From: Schmidtea nova
Lineage: Eukaryota
NCBI GenBank assembly: GCA_044892505.1
Contig: CM097882.1
Coordinates: 140,499,586-140,556,000 of the forward strand
DNA: 56,415 nt
Direction of reading: 5' to 3'
Made by a program: the position numbers and the translations under genes. Positions 24,369 through 38,364 of the stretch are shown here, piece by piece. The first letter of the stretch is position 1; each line of letters starts with the position of its first letter. Under the pieces are notes generated by a model. The model worked only from the letters and a program-made list of their open reading frames with translations, was not told the origin of the DNA and ran no database searches.

Positions 24369-25195
24369 TCAGCTTTTACATGTTGCTTGTCAGTTGCGTT
24401 ACAATAATATTTACAAAAGGTTACTCTTTCAGCAATTTTATAACATTAAATAACATTAAAACTCTAAAAACGTTAAAACTTTTAAATGATTAATTGTTAT
24501 TTAAAAAAACAATATTATTTACTAGTTTAAAACAAAATAAAGATTAAAAAATCTGAAAATAAAAATAGATCATTGGTAAAAAATATGTTAATTAGATGCA
24601 TGAAATAAGATCAAATAAAATATTTAAATTTCGAATAATTTTAAATATTTTAAATAAAATCTACAGTCAAACTTCATTCATTTAGAATATTAGAGCACAA
24701 GTTAAACAACTATTTGTTATTCAACTCATATAAAATCATTTCCAAAAATTATATAAAAGAAAATTAACACATTTGAGTAATTTTAGAAGGTTAATTAACT
24801 TTTTAAGGAGAATAAATATTTATCTAAATTGAAGATATTAAATTTCTTTTGAATTTCATAAACTAATTAGAATATTTATACTTGTACCTAATAAATGGTC
24901 TTTATAGACTGGAAATAAAATTTGAATAAAGATTCTTGATATTGCCGATTATAGGTGTAATAATTTTGAAAAATGAAAATAAACACCGGAACAAGCACCA
25001 AAACATTTTTTTAAAATTTATTTTCATTAAATTCTATTTTTTAATTAAATTATAATTTGTTTTTATTAATATTTTAGATTTTTTCGTTAATATTTCAGAA
25101 TTTTTCATTAATTTTTTTAATTAGACATGTTAAGAATGAAAAAGAAAAAAAGATTTGATAATTTTTTTTTAAAAAATGAAGATTTAATTTGTTTA

Positions 25196-25345
25196 ATAAT
25201 TTGTTTAAATTTAATTTGTTTAAATTTAATTTGTTTAAATTTAATTTTAAATTTAATTTTAAATTTAATTTTAAATTTAATTTTAAATTTAATTTAAATT
25301 TAAATTTAATTTGTTTAAATTTAAAAATTAATAATTTGTTTAATT
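25196..25345. repeat. AT-only short tandem array (TTTGTTTAAATTTAA / TTTTAAATTTAA units)
   Basis: Directly visible 12-15-bp units. Confidence 0.85.
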
Positions 25346-28261
25346 AAATTTGTTTTGTGTAAAAGTTTTTAAAAAAATTTAAAATGACGTAATAATTTAT
25401 ATTTTAAGATCAATTTAATGAATATAATTCTATTGGAGACTTTTTAATTTGATTGTCTTAATAAGTTATTTAATTTCTTTTAACATTTTCAAATTTTTTT
25501 AGTTCAAAACTTTTTTTATATTTTAGTAATAATATTTAAAAATTTTTTTGTAAATGCTTTCGTTATAAATGTAAAGAAAAAAACTTTTTACAATTATTTT
25601 ATAGAGAACTGAATAAATATTTATGTTTTGATAATAATGAAATTAGTTGAATATAATTTTTCATTAGTTTTAAAGTTTAATTTGATTGGTTATTATAAAA
25701 TTAAATAAAATATTTCTGAAGTGTAAAAGTTAAGTTTAATTTATGATTTTCAATATTTTTATTTTTATTATTGTATTGTAAAAAATATTTATTGTAACTT
25801 CCGAATATTTAAGTATATTTATTTGATTATTTATTTTTTAAAATATCCAATTACTTTATTTAAATAGAAATTTATAAATATACTTTTACAAGATATTTCG
25901 AGAAATTAACTGTTATCTTTATGTTATTATGTATTTAAATAGAAAATTTAGTTATACAATAGACTATGATTATGTAATATGAGGGCTAAATAAAATCAAC
26001 AAAAAATATGAAAATCAATAAAAAATAAAATCTTTATCACACTAAATTATAAAAAACTTTTAAAATATCAATACTTAAGAAATATTTGTAAAATTAAAAT
26101 ATTATTTTTTTATATTTATATGTATTTTATTATTAAATTTATTTTATTTTTTAATTAATCAATCACAATTATACTTTAGTAATTATTCTGGAAGTTCAAC
26201 AAATAAAATAATTATTTTCTAAATTAATTTTATTCAACAGTAGCAAAACTGTTGAAGAATTAAATCAAATCATCATCAAAAAGAGATATTAAAAAAAATA
26301 AAAATAAATTATTTATTGTTTAAACTAATTCAATAAAATTTATATTATAACAATTTTATCTTATTTCCACCATTAATCTTTCTGTTTGTATTTAAGAATT
26401 CTTTTATATTTAAAAAGATTAAAAATATTAAACACGAATTTTCGGCAAAATACTTTTCAAGTGTAAATTACACTCTTGAAAAAGAATGTAACAAAATTTT
26501 GTATAACAGTTCAAAGAGTATTGTTTTATAATATTTTTAAAAATAATGAAAATCTTTTATTTTTTATTTTTATTTTTTCTTTTCTTTTTTATAAATAAGT
26601 TTCTTTTAATTATTTAAACAATTTTTCAGCACATCAATTCGGAAAATTCGTGTAAATTGTAGAAATTTTAAAATATTCAATTTGTAGTCTTTCTAAAAAC
26701 ATATAATATTTACTCTTAGACATACACCAAAATTTTTACAATCCACAATGTAGTAAAAAATACTATCAATGTAAATATATTTGTTGTCCGTTTAATTTAA
26801 TAAATAATTACAGGTCAATTATTGCTTTTATTGTTAATGCTTATAAGTTATAAACTTATATTTTCTTTTATTATATTATTTGGCATCAACCACAGGGATT
26901 ATGGTAACGAAGCGGCTTTATTTTTCATATAGCAAGTGATATAAAACTATAATTTATTTCAAATTTGTTTTGTTTGTTTTTTATATCCAAAATTAATTTT
27001 TAATTTTTAGCTACATAAAGAAACTAATGGGACCTGTGATTCTATCTGGCGGTTCTTAATGGGATATAATATATTATATATTACTCTCAGATCTTTTTAG
27101 ACATTATAAAACTCCATTTTTATTTTATGAGTGTGTAGATCCGTCAGACGGTATTATCGAAATCTATATAAATTTTGCGTGAATAAATCTATTGAATGAT
27201 TATTGTGTAAAAACTTTGATGAATTTTAATGATGAGGGTCAGAAAAATTTAATAGCGTCCTGCTTTCTGAAAACCATGAGCAACTCGCTGCTCTCGGTTT
27301 CATATAAAACCTTATCAATACTTTGCAGATTTAAACAAAATACAAATTTAAATTATTTAAATTATTTCTTGTAATCTCAAAGTAGGCAGATCTTTGCGGC
27401 ATCAGAAATGTACGAAAACCAAGATTACATATATTACCATAAAATGGGCAGTCAAGCATCCAGTTACACCAAAATAAACATAGCAAATGGTAAAATCCGT
27501 TAAATGCTTCTTGTCAATAACTTGTAAATACTCGTGGACGATCTATCATTGTCATCCCAATCAGAGCAGCACTCTAATATTGGATCACAAAGTTGGATCA
27601 ATCAAGTTCAACTGAAATCAATCACAACCATCGCTGATCCTTTATTACTCAATTGATAATCTTGTAACAACAACTATACAAAACAAACAAATTCCATCAG
27701 TAAATAACACACACAACAATCATACAATTCTAATGTAATAAGCAATTAAATGTCATAATCTGCAAATAAAATAAAAACTGAGCAAACTGTGTCGACTTGT
27801 GATCAGATCTGTTATAGAAAATACTAAAAAAACAATTCGTTTGAATTAAAAAACTTGTTAATGAATATCGAATAAAATTATTCTGGTTTTCTAGTAGAGT
27901 TACATAGAATTATTATTATAATATAAATTATGTTTTGTTTAAATATTCAGATTTTTGGTGGAAATTAAATTAACAATTTGTTAAGTTTTTATTAGGTAAA
28001 TATATTAAATATTGTTTTCGTGATTGTGTAAACATTCACTAAATAAATTAATTAAAAGGAAAACAATTTCTNNNNNNNNNNNNNNNNNNNNNNNNNNNNN
28101 NNNNNNNNNNNNNNNNNNNNNNNNNNNNNNNNNNNNNNNNNNNNNNNNNNNNNNNNNNNNNNNNNNNNNNNNNNNNNNNNNNNNNNNNNNNNNNNNNNNN
28201 NNNNNNNNNNNNNNNNNNNNNNNNNNNNNNNNNNNNNNNNNNNNNNNNNNNNNNNNNNNNN

Positions 28262-28846
28262 NTTTAAAATCATTTTTATTTTCATCAAATAATAATAAGT
28301 CTGTCATTATTTCGAAAGTAGCATTGATTGACTTGAAACCCTCCAAAGAAGCATGGGCTCGTTGACATATTATCATTTCAAATGTTTGATCCCATCATTC
28401 AGGCATTGCTGGCTTTTCAGTGACGTACAGATTCCAGCACTCGTCGTTTAATCGACCAAATGTATAGGCATTTCCTTTGACATTACTAAGAGTATCGAAA
28501 CGATCAATTTCAGCAAAAACGTCTTGATGAACCAATGTTTGACAAGCAGGATATTCAAATCGGCGACGCGAATAAAATATCTGATATTCGTGAAACCCTA
28601 AACATTTTCCGAATTCCAAAATCGGTTGCAAAGCATTTAATAGAAATGTTGTGCCACAAGAAACAAACCGCATTCACTCAACACATAAGAGTCCATATGA
28701 TCATTGAGCATTTGTGAAATGATCTGGCAATCGACTTTGTCAAGTATTTCAACGACGGAGCTATTAGGAATGGATCGTATTTCGCACTCATTGTAGTCAG
28801 AATTAAACCATATTTCTAATAACTTTTCACTGCCTTCAAAAAACAT
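28262..28846 (-). pseudogene. AMD1: S-adenosylmethionine decarboxylase proenzyme, disrupted; 3' end lost in a gap
   Basis: MFFEGSEKLLEIWF, YVLSE, CGTTFLLNAL, FYSRRRF, GRLNDECWNLY and WDQTFEM match eukaryotic AdoMetDC. Frameshift at 28660/28661, in-frame TGA at 28395-28397, and SECG in place of SESS. Confidence 0.9.
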
Positions 28847-29453
28847 TCCTGTGAAACACGATCGATTTAACTTTCAAAATCTTTCAATGTTTGGAAAAGA
28901 ATTTCACTCAACAAACCAAATTCGAAACCAACTCCCATGATTATTAAAACAACTCAAAAAAAACAATGATCAACAACTATCTCAGTATAATCGATATTAA
29001 TTAGAATTAAAAATTCTAGTCAAAATCTTGCGCACACAGACGCTGAAGAAAATGAATCAAATGAAGAGCACACAGACGCGAGTAGTTATTCAAGAAAATG
29101 CGCGCATAGACACCATAATAGTAATGATGCGCACACATACGCAAAAGAAGCTATAATAAGCAATGCGCACACAGGCGCAAATAAAATTCACAAACCGCAG
29201 CGCATCCGTACGCGAACAAATGGCCAGAGTTTGCAAAAGNNNNNNNNNNNNNNNNNNNNNNNNNNNNNNNNNNNNNNNNNNNNNNNNNNNNNNNNNNNNN
29301 NNNNNNNNNNNNNNNNNNNNNNNNNNNNNNNNNNNNNNNNNNNNNNNNNNNNNNNNNNNNNNNNNNNNNNNNNNNNNNNNNNNNNNNNNNNNNNNNNNNN
29401 NNNNNNNNNNNNNNNNNNNNNNNNNNNNNNNNNNNNNNNNNNNNNNNNNNNNN

Positions 29454-29670
29454 CATAATGACTATAGATCAAAATTTTTTTTTTATAAACTATAACACAA
29501 TATTTCGGCACAGCCTTTATCAAGTGTGTATTTAGAAATACACACTTGATAAAGGCTGTGCCGAAATATTGTGTTATTGTTTATAAAAAAAAAATTTTTG
29601 ATCTATAGTCATTATGAGAATTATTGATAATAATAAAAAAAGATCAAAGGTGAAAAAAGATAATTATGAT
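29454..29670. repeat. Palindromic (foldback) element, copy 1
   Basis: Near-perfect inverted arms 29454-29533 and 29536-29616. The right arm continues to 29670; the left end runs into a gap. Confidence 0.9.
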
Positions 29671-29696
29671 AATAAAAAAAATAATAATAATAAAAA

Positions 29697-29732
<36 letters not shown>

Positions 29733-32700
29733 TCATTTAAAGTTTAAATAATTATAATCTAATTTGTAGAGTAGATATCTTTATGTGAGTTTTGAAAATT
29801 TGAGAAGTTTTTGTGTAATTTAAAAATTTTGAATTCTAAAACATTTAATATTTACTGAATTTCTTTCTCTGCTGTTAAATATTTTGAAAAAAAAGAGATT
29901 ATTTTTTAGATTCAATCATAAATGTAATAATCAGTTGATTTGGTCATTTCCCATAATTGAATTTATCTTGCTTTATTGCATATTTCTAGGATAATTCTTT
30001 TATTAATTTTTTATGTATATTTATGTATGTAATACATCCTAAATTATTTAGAATTTTGTTTTTCTTTACTTATATTATTTATTTTTTCATCCTTTTACTC
30101 TTTTTTTTCAATTCCAGAAAATTTTATTTTTTTTATATATTATTTTTTATACGAATTGTCAAAAAGGCCGTGATGAAAATTCATGTGCTATAACAAAAAG
30201 AATTTTGATGTTTAAACTTTATATGAGGAAACTGAAAATGTCTTTTTATTTAACATATTTAACACAGAGTTTACAGCACTGTCTTTTTTATATATATTTT
30301 TTTTAATTTGAAAAAATAGTACCGAAATTATAATTAATAAACATTTATTTATCTGTCGTAAACTAAAAGATGGAAAGAAAATATTGTAAATTAAAATATG
30401 TTAAAGCTGGAAATGATAAATTATTTTACTGATATTACATTTTTAATTTTTAATTTGAAATTTTAGCATAAGTTAACCACTTGTGTTGCACATCCGTGAA
30501 CTGTAAGGGAGCGATACCTCCAGATTTGCGCTTGTCTATGTTTGATTTGTGCCCTTCAATAGGTAAGCAGTAATGAAAAATTTAGTAAATATAGTAAAGA
30601 TAAATTCTACATAAAATTGTAAATTAAATGCTATTTTTTATATTTTCTTTTTAACGTAATCGGTAAAATTTTGAATTTGTCTAATTAAATTTTTTTTACT
30701 CTTTATTTTTTTTTATTTTAGCACAAAAAGCACTTATTTATAGAAGTTCCGGTCAAGTGAAAGTAACGGCATTAATGAAAAAATTTCAATATTTATTTTA
30801 ATTTGGTAAATAAATTGTGTGCTCTTAGTATAAACTAACGCGATACTCTAGATTTTATTTTTTATTTTTGTTAGGTGAACTTAATTTATCAGAAAACTCG
30901 ATTTGATATTCATTTGACAGAAAAAGCTTAGTGCCTAACGGAAGTGAAATTGTAAAACGGTTAACGGACACAACCCGGAAATCATTGAGTACCCGGAAAT
31001 CCGATATATGTTTATAACCACCTGATTGTTTCCACAATATATAATAAGCAATTTTATTATTTTCTATTTATAATTTTTTCTATTTATTAATTAATATTAA
31101 CTTTGTTTTAATAGATTTAATTATAAAAACATTAGGGAAAATTACATCATAAATATTTGCTGAAATATCCCAATTATTCAACAAGATCTAGAAAAAAAAT
31201 ATCTCAATTAATAAAATAATTCAAAAAAAAGTTTTATTAATAAGAAATATTAATACTAAAATTTACTTTTCAAAATACTATCTAAACATTTTTTTTTGTT
31301 ACAGTTGATTTTTTCTTTTTTATGGCTACCATAATGCGAAGTTTTCTCCGTAATATGAAATCTGTAATATTTGATTCTTCTTGTTCATTTTATGTCAATG
31401 TATTTTGTAAAAATTGAAAATTCTACCCTATACATTATTTTCTACTGTCCACTAGTTTTATATTCACTAGGATTATTTAGTGAGTTATTCCAGGTCCCCG
31501 TTTCTGAATCCTTAACCATCAGATCTTTTCATGTCAGTTGGACATTTCGAATTTATAATAATTATTCATCCATCCAATAATGTCATTACCATTTATCTTT
31601 TAGTACCAAATAATAATTTTTTATTTATTTGATATTTCGGCAGTCTTTATTAGGTGTGTATTACATGAATATTAATTTATGTATTACAATAATAATAAAA
31701 ATGATTAAATAGAAAAATAAAAAAATAGAAAATACTAAAACAAACAGATAATGATGATTTTCCATACATGAGTTTATTAGAAGAAATTCAATAAAATATT
31801 TTCCTTTTCCATCTTATTTTCGTTAATTTTGTTAATTTTCCTGAAAAAAATTAATATTTTCAGAAATTTTTGGCTGGTAGAAGTAAAGTTAAATTTTTGT
31901 TTTGAAGAGTCGTAAAAAAATACTCACAAAAACAGGAGAATATAAATCTCACGATAACACGTAAGAACTTTAAGCAGGAAAAAACACAAAAACATATATA
32001 ATATTAAAGCACAAATATTAGACATGCGAATCGCATTTCATAAGTCGGTCAAGTTAAGAATAAAACGATAAAAAAGTAGCATCTTAAATGAAAATACATA
32101 TATTTAGACAGGTCAAATTTACATACAAAAGAACGCACGAGAATTGAATGGGGAAGATCACTGCTCGTAAATTAAATTCGAAAAAGCATGATATAAGATA
32201 AATTTGATATCAAAATAAAAGAAATAATTTATTAAAAATTACAGAAGAAATCCCCATTAAAATATCATTAAAATAACAGAGATAGATACAAAATAGGGGA
32301 AATGTTAATTATCGCGTGCAATATGACACCATATTGAAAACGCACATAAATTAGTAAAATTAAAAATAAATTATAAAACTAAATTTAATTAGAACAAATA
32401 AATTTTTTATTTATTAAATTTAATAATTTAAATATTAAAATAAATATATAAATTAAATTATGAATATTTATATTTAACGAACAGAATGCTTAAGAGCAAC
32501 ACAAAAATATTATAAATAGACGCTGAAAAATCATAATTCAACCTTTACTTTACGGATATAAAAGTTAACTTTTACTTTTGCGAGAAAACGTTTGTTAAAC
32601 TACTCTATCGACCAGCACTAGAATCAACTCATTTTTATTCATTCTTGTAGAACAATTTGTGGATAGGAACCAGTAGGTACGCTTTATGTTTTATGTTTCA

Positions 32701-32908
32701 TATATTGTAATATTTTAACTACTAAGTTTTATTAGAAATAAATATTTGAAGTACTTATTATGGTTTTGGTTTATAATGCTCTGTTTCATTTGATTTTTCT
32801 CGAAATTAGGAAGAATGTAATATTAAACAATTAATGTTGTTTTAATATGATGAAAATGTGATAAAAATAGAATTTGAAAAACTTTGTGTTTTACAAGCTA
32901 TCCGGGCA

Positions 32909-33625
32909 ATGGAAATCAACAAGATCATAATTGAAAATGTTGGAAAATTCGATGGCAAAAATACAGATGTGGAATAATGGTTCGACAAACTCGAAATTAT
33001 TTTGGAAGCCAAGAATGTGAAAAATGTCATGAACGTAATGCCATTTTTACTTGAAGGGCAATCTTATGCAGTTTTCAAACAGTTAAAGAAAAGCAATACG
33101 ACAATGGAGTTTGGTATGCTGAAGAAGGAATTATTGAAAACCTTCGGTATGAGCGATCAAGAAGCTTTTACAAAACTTTTACAGAAAAAGTTATTAATGG
33201 GTGATAACATGGATGTCCATGTAAATGAATTAAGGTCACTGTTGGAATGTTCAGGTGATCTATTAACCCGATTTTTTGTAAATAGCTTACCAAGTGATTT
33301 GGCAAATCAACTAAAGATGTCAACAGCGTCAACAATGAATGAGTTAGTCGCTCAAGCAAAGAAAATTGCAAGTCATCAAATTTATGACAATGAAACGGTT
33401 GCAGTAGTAGTACCAAGATCAGATAATGGAAGACAAGCCAATCGAAAATGCTATATATGCAATAGTGCTAATCATGTGGTAAGATACTGTCCAGAAAGAC
33501 GTAACATCAGATGTGCAAAATGCGGTATTATGGGACATATTTCAAGGTTTTGCAAATCGGGAAAAGATCAAGGCGCTACACACAATGTGGAGTCGGGTGT
33601 GGTCCCAAGAATTGTGAATATGTGA
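32909..33625 (+). pseudogene. gag: gag with two CCHC knuckles; TAA at 32975-32977
   Basis: MEINK...KFDGKNTDVE*WFDKLE continues in frame into the 33002 ORF. Knuckles CYICNSANHVVRYC and CAKCGIMGHISRFC. A possible slippery G GGA AAA lies at 33559-33565. Confidence 0.85.
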
Positions 33626-36295
33626 GACTCCTAAAAGTAAATGGTAATGTAAAAGCATGTTTAGTTGATTCGGGCAGCACTACCACTATAGTAAAAGGAA
33701 ATCCACGAAAATCTATGACTGCGGTAGCGATGCTTGATGGTTCAATCATATACGCTGAGCGAAGTAAAGTTGATATATGGGTTGGAGATACGTTATTTAA
33801 TATTGATTGTTTAATATACCCGAAACTGGTATCCAATTATGATGTAATTTTAGGAGTGAATGCTATTAATAGGTTTGGTGGAGTTCAATTGAATAAAGAA
33901 GCCATATTCGGTTGTGAAGAAGCACTTTGTCACGTAGCGTGCTCTAGTAGTAGCATGTCAGAAATATTGAAGGAAAATTTCTCTGCGAAATTTGAAAACG
34001 AGAAATGGATTGTCAAATGGGATTGGAAGTCAGAGCCACCGAAATTTCTACCTAATAGAAATTCAAACTTTTATGATAATTGTAGTAAGGATCAGGAGAC
34101 GATGCTTATCTTGAACTCTTGGATATCTAACAGCTATCTAGTTGATTATGACGAGAGAACAATGGGCAAACCGATCGGATCAGTACCTATTTATGGTATA
34201 ATTCAGTTAAATAAAGCGAAAGTGCGTCCAGTATTTGACTTAAAGTATCAATAAATATATTGATGTATATAGTGGGAATGCAGATATCTGTTCTGAAAAA
34301 TTACGATCATGGAGATGTTTAAGTAAAGAATTTGCAATGTTAGATTTATCTGATGCATATATGCAAATACACGTGGATAAAAGTATGTGGCGATATCAAT
34401 CTTGTATGGTTAACGTGAAGAGATATGCGCTTACGAGAATGGGATTTGGATTGAATATCGCGCCAACGATAATGACAGAGATTGTGAATAAAGTATTGAA
34501 CAACAATGAATCAATCAAGAATAGCACAAGTTCATACATAGACGATATATTCGTAGATGAATCTAAAGTCAAAGCAAGTAAAGTAAGTGCAGAAATGCGT
34601 AAATTTGGTTTGATATGTAAAGAAGAAGAAACGGTCAAGGATACTCTCAGTATAAGAGTATTAGGTATTGATGTATTTCGAAAGAATAATGAACTACATT
34701 GGAAAAGATCGAACGATATTCGAATGAATGAATTGAATGAAGGGCTTTCAAGAAGAGAGCTGTATTCGTTATGTGGCCAGTTAGTTGGAATTTATCCTGT
34801 GTCTGGATGGTTGCGGCCAGCTTGCTCATATATCAAGAGGCTATCCAGTGGAAATTGGGATGATTCAATAGAAAATCATATCGTTGACAAAGTAAAATGG
34901 TTATTAGAAAGAGTGAATGAAAGAGATCCATCGTCAGGTATTTGGAGTGTTCCCAGCAACCAGACAGGCATAATTTGGTGTGATGCAAGTTCGATCGCCA
35001 TTGGAATTGTATTAGAAATGGGAGGTTCAGTGGTTGAAGATGCGTGTTGGTTGCGAAAACCTGATGATTCAAGACACATTAATTTGGTGGAATTAGAAGC
35101 GATTGTGAAGGGTATTAATTTATGTATTAAATGGAAGTTAAAGTACATCAAAATTAAATCCGATAGTAAATCAGTTGTATGTTGGGTTAACAGCATATTA
35201 TCAAGCGACAGAAGAATACATACAAAAGCAAATTCAGAGTTGTATGAACTTAAAATGGTATGAACTTAAAATTGTATGAACTTAAAATTGTATGAACTTA
35301 AAATGGACATTGAGTTTGTATCTACAGAAAATAACAAGCCTGATGTATTAACGAGAGTACCAGCCAACTGGATGATTATTAAAAAAGAAATCGCAGCTCT
35401 AGGCAATCAAAAAAGCTCAAAAGATGTGTTATTAGAGATTCACAAGAATTGCCACGTAGGGAAAAATCGTATGCGATTCTTAGCATCGGAAGCGGGGCTA
35501 CTGAATGTGGATAATGAGATCTCAGAAATAATTGCAAGTTGTAATCAATGCTTATCAATTGACCCAGCGCCAGTAACGTGGGAAAAAGGTGAACTAAGCT
35601 GTGATGAAAATTGGTGCCGTTTAGCAATTGATGTAGCTAAATTTGCTAAAGATAAATATTTGACAATTATTGATTGTGGACCATCGAGATATGCAATCTG
35701 GAAGAAAATTAAGTATGAAAATGTAGAAGAGATATGTAATGCTTTAAATGAGGTGTTATATGAAAAAGGAGCTCCAAGTGAAATATTGTTAGATAATTAT
35801 TTATCTTTTAGATCTAGAAAATTTCAAGAATTAGCAGATAAATGGAATGTTGAGTTGGTATTTAGAACAGTGAACCGTCCAGGGGGAAACGGGATCATTG
35901 AACGCAGCCAGCGGACAATCAAATCGCTAGCAGCTAGGTCCTCAGGATCAATCGCAGAAGCTGTGTACTGGTTCAACAATACACCAAACAACAATAATAT
36001 TTGTCCATCAAGAGCTATATTTAGATATAATCCAAAGCTGAATTTGCCAAGTTACAATAAAAAAGAGATATTAGTCGAAGCAAAATATTCTGCTGGTGAC
36101 CCTGTATGGATAAAACCGAATATGAACCAAAAATGCACAGAAAGATGGAAAGATGGTCTTATCATCAAACCATTATCAAATACAAAATTTTTAGTCAGAT
36201 GTAATGGATACGATATGCCACGACACGTGGGCGATATTAGAAAAAGAGTTGTTAAAGATTCAGATGAATCTGGTGGGGATGTAGGAAGAATGTAA
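33560..36295 (+). pseudogene. pol: pol (PR, RT, RNase H, integrase); frameshift near 34245 and repeat-disrupted RNase H end
   Basis: LVDSGS; LDLSDAY, GFGLNIAP, YIDDI; WCDAS...HINLVELEA...IKSDS; H..CH...CNQC; AIDVA...LLDN...GNGIIER. Confidence 0.9.
35242..35305 (+). repeat. 16-bp unit x4 (GTATGAACTTAAAATK)
   Basis: Directly visible inside pol. Confidence 0.95.
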
Positions 36296-37189
36296 TATTA
36301 AACATGTTGTTTTAATATGATGAAAATGCGATAAAAATAGAATTTGAAAAACGTTGTGTTTTACAGTTTTGGTTTATAATGCTCTGTTTCATTTGATTTT
36401 TCTCGAAATTAAACTGATTTATGAGGAGTTCTGTAGACTCACAGATAACAAGTTTCCGACCGGGTGGAAGTTCTTGAAGCGAACAGTCGTGTTGAGTCTC
36501 TTACCCATCGTCATATTAAATAACATAGAATGGTTAGTATAATGCAGTTTAAGGGATGTGGATATGAATTGAACTAGAAGGTACAGGCCAGATCCTATTC
36601 AGATATTTTTAAGAATAGATATGTGTAGACGTTAGATAGAATAAAGTGAGGATATCAAAAGTCACAAATTGATAAAATAAGAGGATCTTTGAAAATAAAA
36701 GTAACCCAAGAGAGAGAATATAATGAGGAGTCATTTTGCTCATTAAATTCTCGCACTACTGTGTACATTACCAAGATAGTTTATCAAAAAGTAACTATGG
36801 GTACATCAATGAGGGAGACTTAATAATTTTATGATGGTGTGTTGGTTACTTTAACCCTAGTGACAACAATTTTCAACAACCCACACACCAGCGGAAATTA
36901 TTCAACAAATATTTAAAATCCATTAAAAGACCCCTTCTATGAGATTTCACAAATTATAAAAGCCTTCTTTATTCGTATATAAAACTGGAAGACTTTTTAC
37001 AGACTTGATTTGAAACTTTTTGTTTTTAGATTTTTCTGTAAATAAAATTTCAGTTTGTGTTTTACACTGGCATTAGTAGATCATAAAATCTTAATTTAAT
37101 ATTTAAATCATAACAATTATATATTTGTTTTCGAAAAAATTCATTTTCTAAAATTATTTCTTTTAATTCAATTTAATGTGTCTTAACCT

Positions 37190-38364
37190 CAGACCAATTG
37201 ACAAATGATTTTCACCGCAAATATTAGGATGTCTTATTAAATCTTCCTCAATTTTCAGAAAACGTCTGACCATTGGAACCAGGGAATTCCATCGCGTTTC
37301 GCAGTCTAGAAGCGGACATAGATATTTATTTTCTTGTTGTTTGACGTGTGTCTGGAGAATACCATTTGTTAAATTCGGATTTTTAAAAAAGGTTAAGAGT
37401 TCTTCGCGTTTCTGACAACACCTGGACGAATTATGATATGTAGTTCATGATCCAGATCAAGAATGTCGAAGTTAAGATTTGCATCATGATAAAAATTACT
37501 TTCATTGTCATTTTCATCTTCCTCAGTATTAATAAAGTATTCGTTTTCTTCTGGATAATTCTCAGCTTCGTCTAACTGCTCTGAATGTGACATTTTTCTA
37601 TAAAATATTTTTTATTTCTATATTTCATGATTATAACAAAGCTGATTGGTAGCTTAAAGCAGCCTTCCGTATCTTACCATAACTGCTGCACCGTCATGAG
37701 TTGAAGCAACAATATCACAGACCAAATCAATTAAAAATTCATGCAATCGCTTTCTCACAGATTCCAAATTTTTTTTCTGAATTACAAGACCCTTCAATAG
37801 AAATCAAACCGGGAACATACGACTTATGAATGGAATAAAGCGTGAATTTCGTCTATCTTCTTACACGATTGTCAGCCCATTCGTCAACTGTAATGCTGAA
37901 TTAAAACCATCTTTTTTCAGTGTTTGCAATTCTTTCTGGACTTCAACTATTTTTTCCTCATAAAAATCAATTTCATTTTTTTGTTACAGTTGTTGCACTT
38001 TTTGGCATATTTAAATTTCGACTTCTTACAGAACCTATTATTGCTTCACATTTGGAAATGACCCGTAAAGAAAACCCATCCTTTGCGGCACATTTTTCAA
38101 GAATTTCAATTAAAGTTTCTCTTTTAACAAGATGCAAAATGTTATTTCCGGCATGGTTTAATTTTTAAAAACGATGTTCCTTCACCAGGTTCATCAGGAA
38201 AATTTCTCTTTTGAATCTTGATGTCATAAATCTTTAAATGATTCATCATTGCTGTGGTTGTTCCACCACTACATTGTATTATTTGTCCGCAAGTATTACA
38301 TTTTGATTTCTCTTTCGCTTGCTTTTATAAAATTTTGCCAAACTAAAGATTTTTGATTCGACAT
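37190..38364 (-). pseudogene. hAT (Ac/hATm-like) transposase relic with BED finger
   Basis: SLVWQNF, CNTCGQIIQCSGGTTTAMMNHL, FSITVDEW, DIVASTHDGAAVM and LLDCETRWNSL, with several stops and frameshifts. C-terminus and TIRs not found. Confidence 0.8.

Larger units (their letters stand above)
32809..36365 (+). mobile_element. Gypsy-like LTR retrotransposon with very short LTRs, degraded
   Basis: TGTAA...TTACA repeats at 32816-32895 and 36291-36365, PPT at 36272-36290, and gag-PR-RT-RH-IN order. Flanked by an identical 46-bp duplication. Confidence 0.9.

Noticed and set aside
29029-29240. CRISPR-like regularly spaced repeats
   Set aside because: The repeats are short and degenerate with irregular spacing, the context is eukaryotic, and there are no cas genes.
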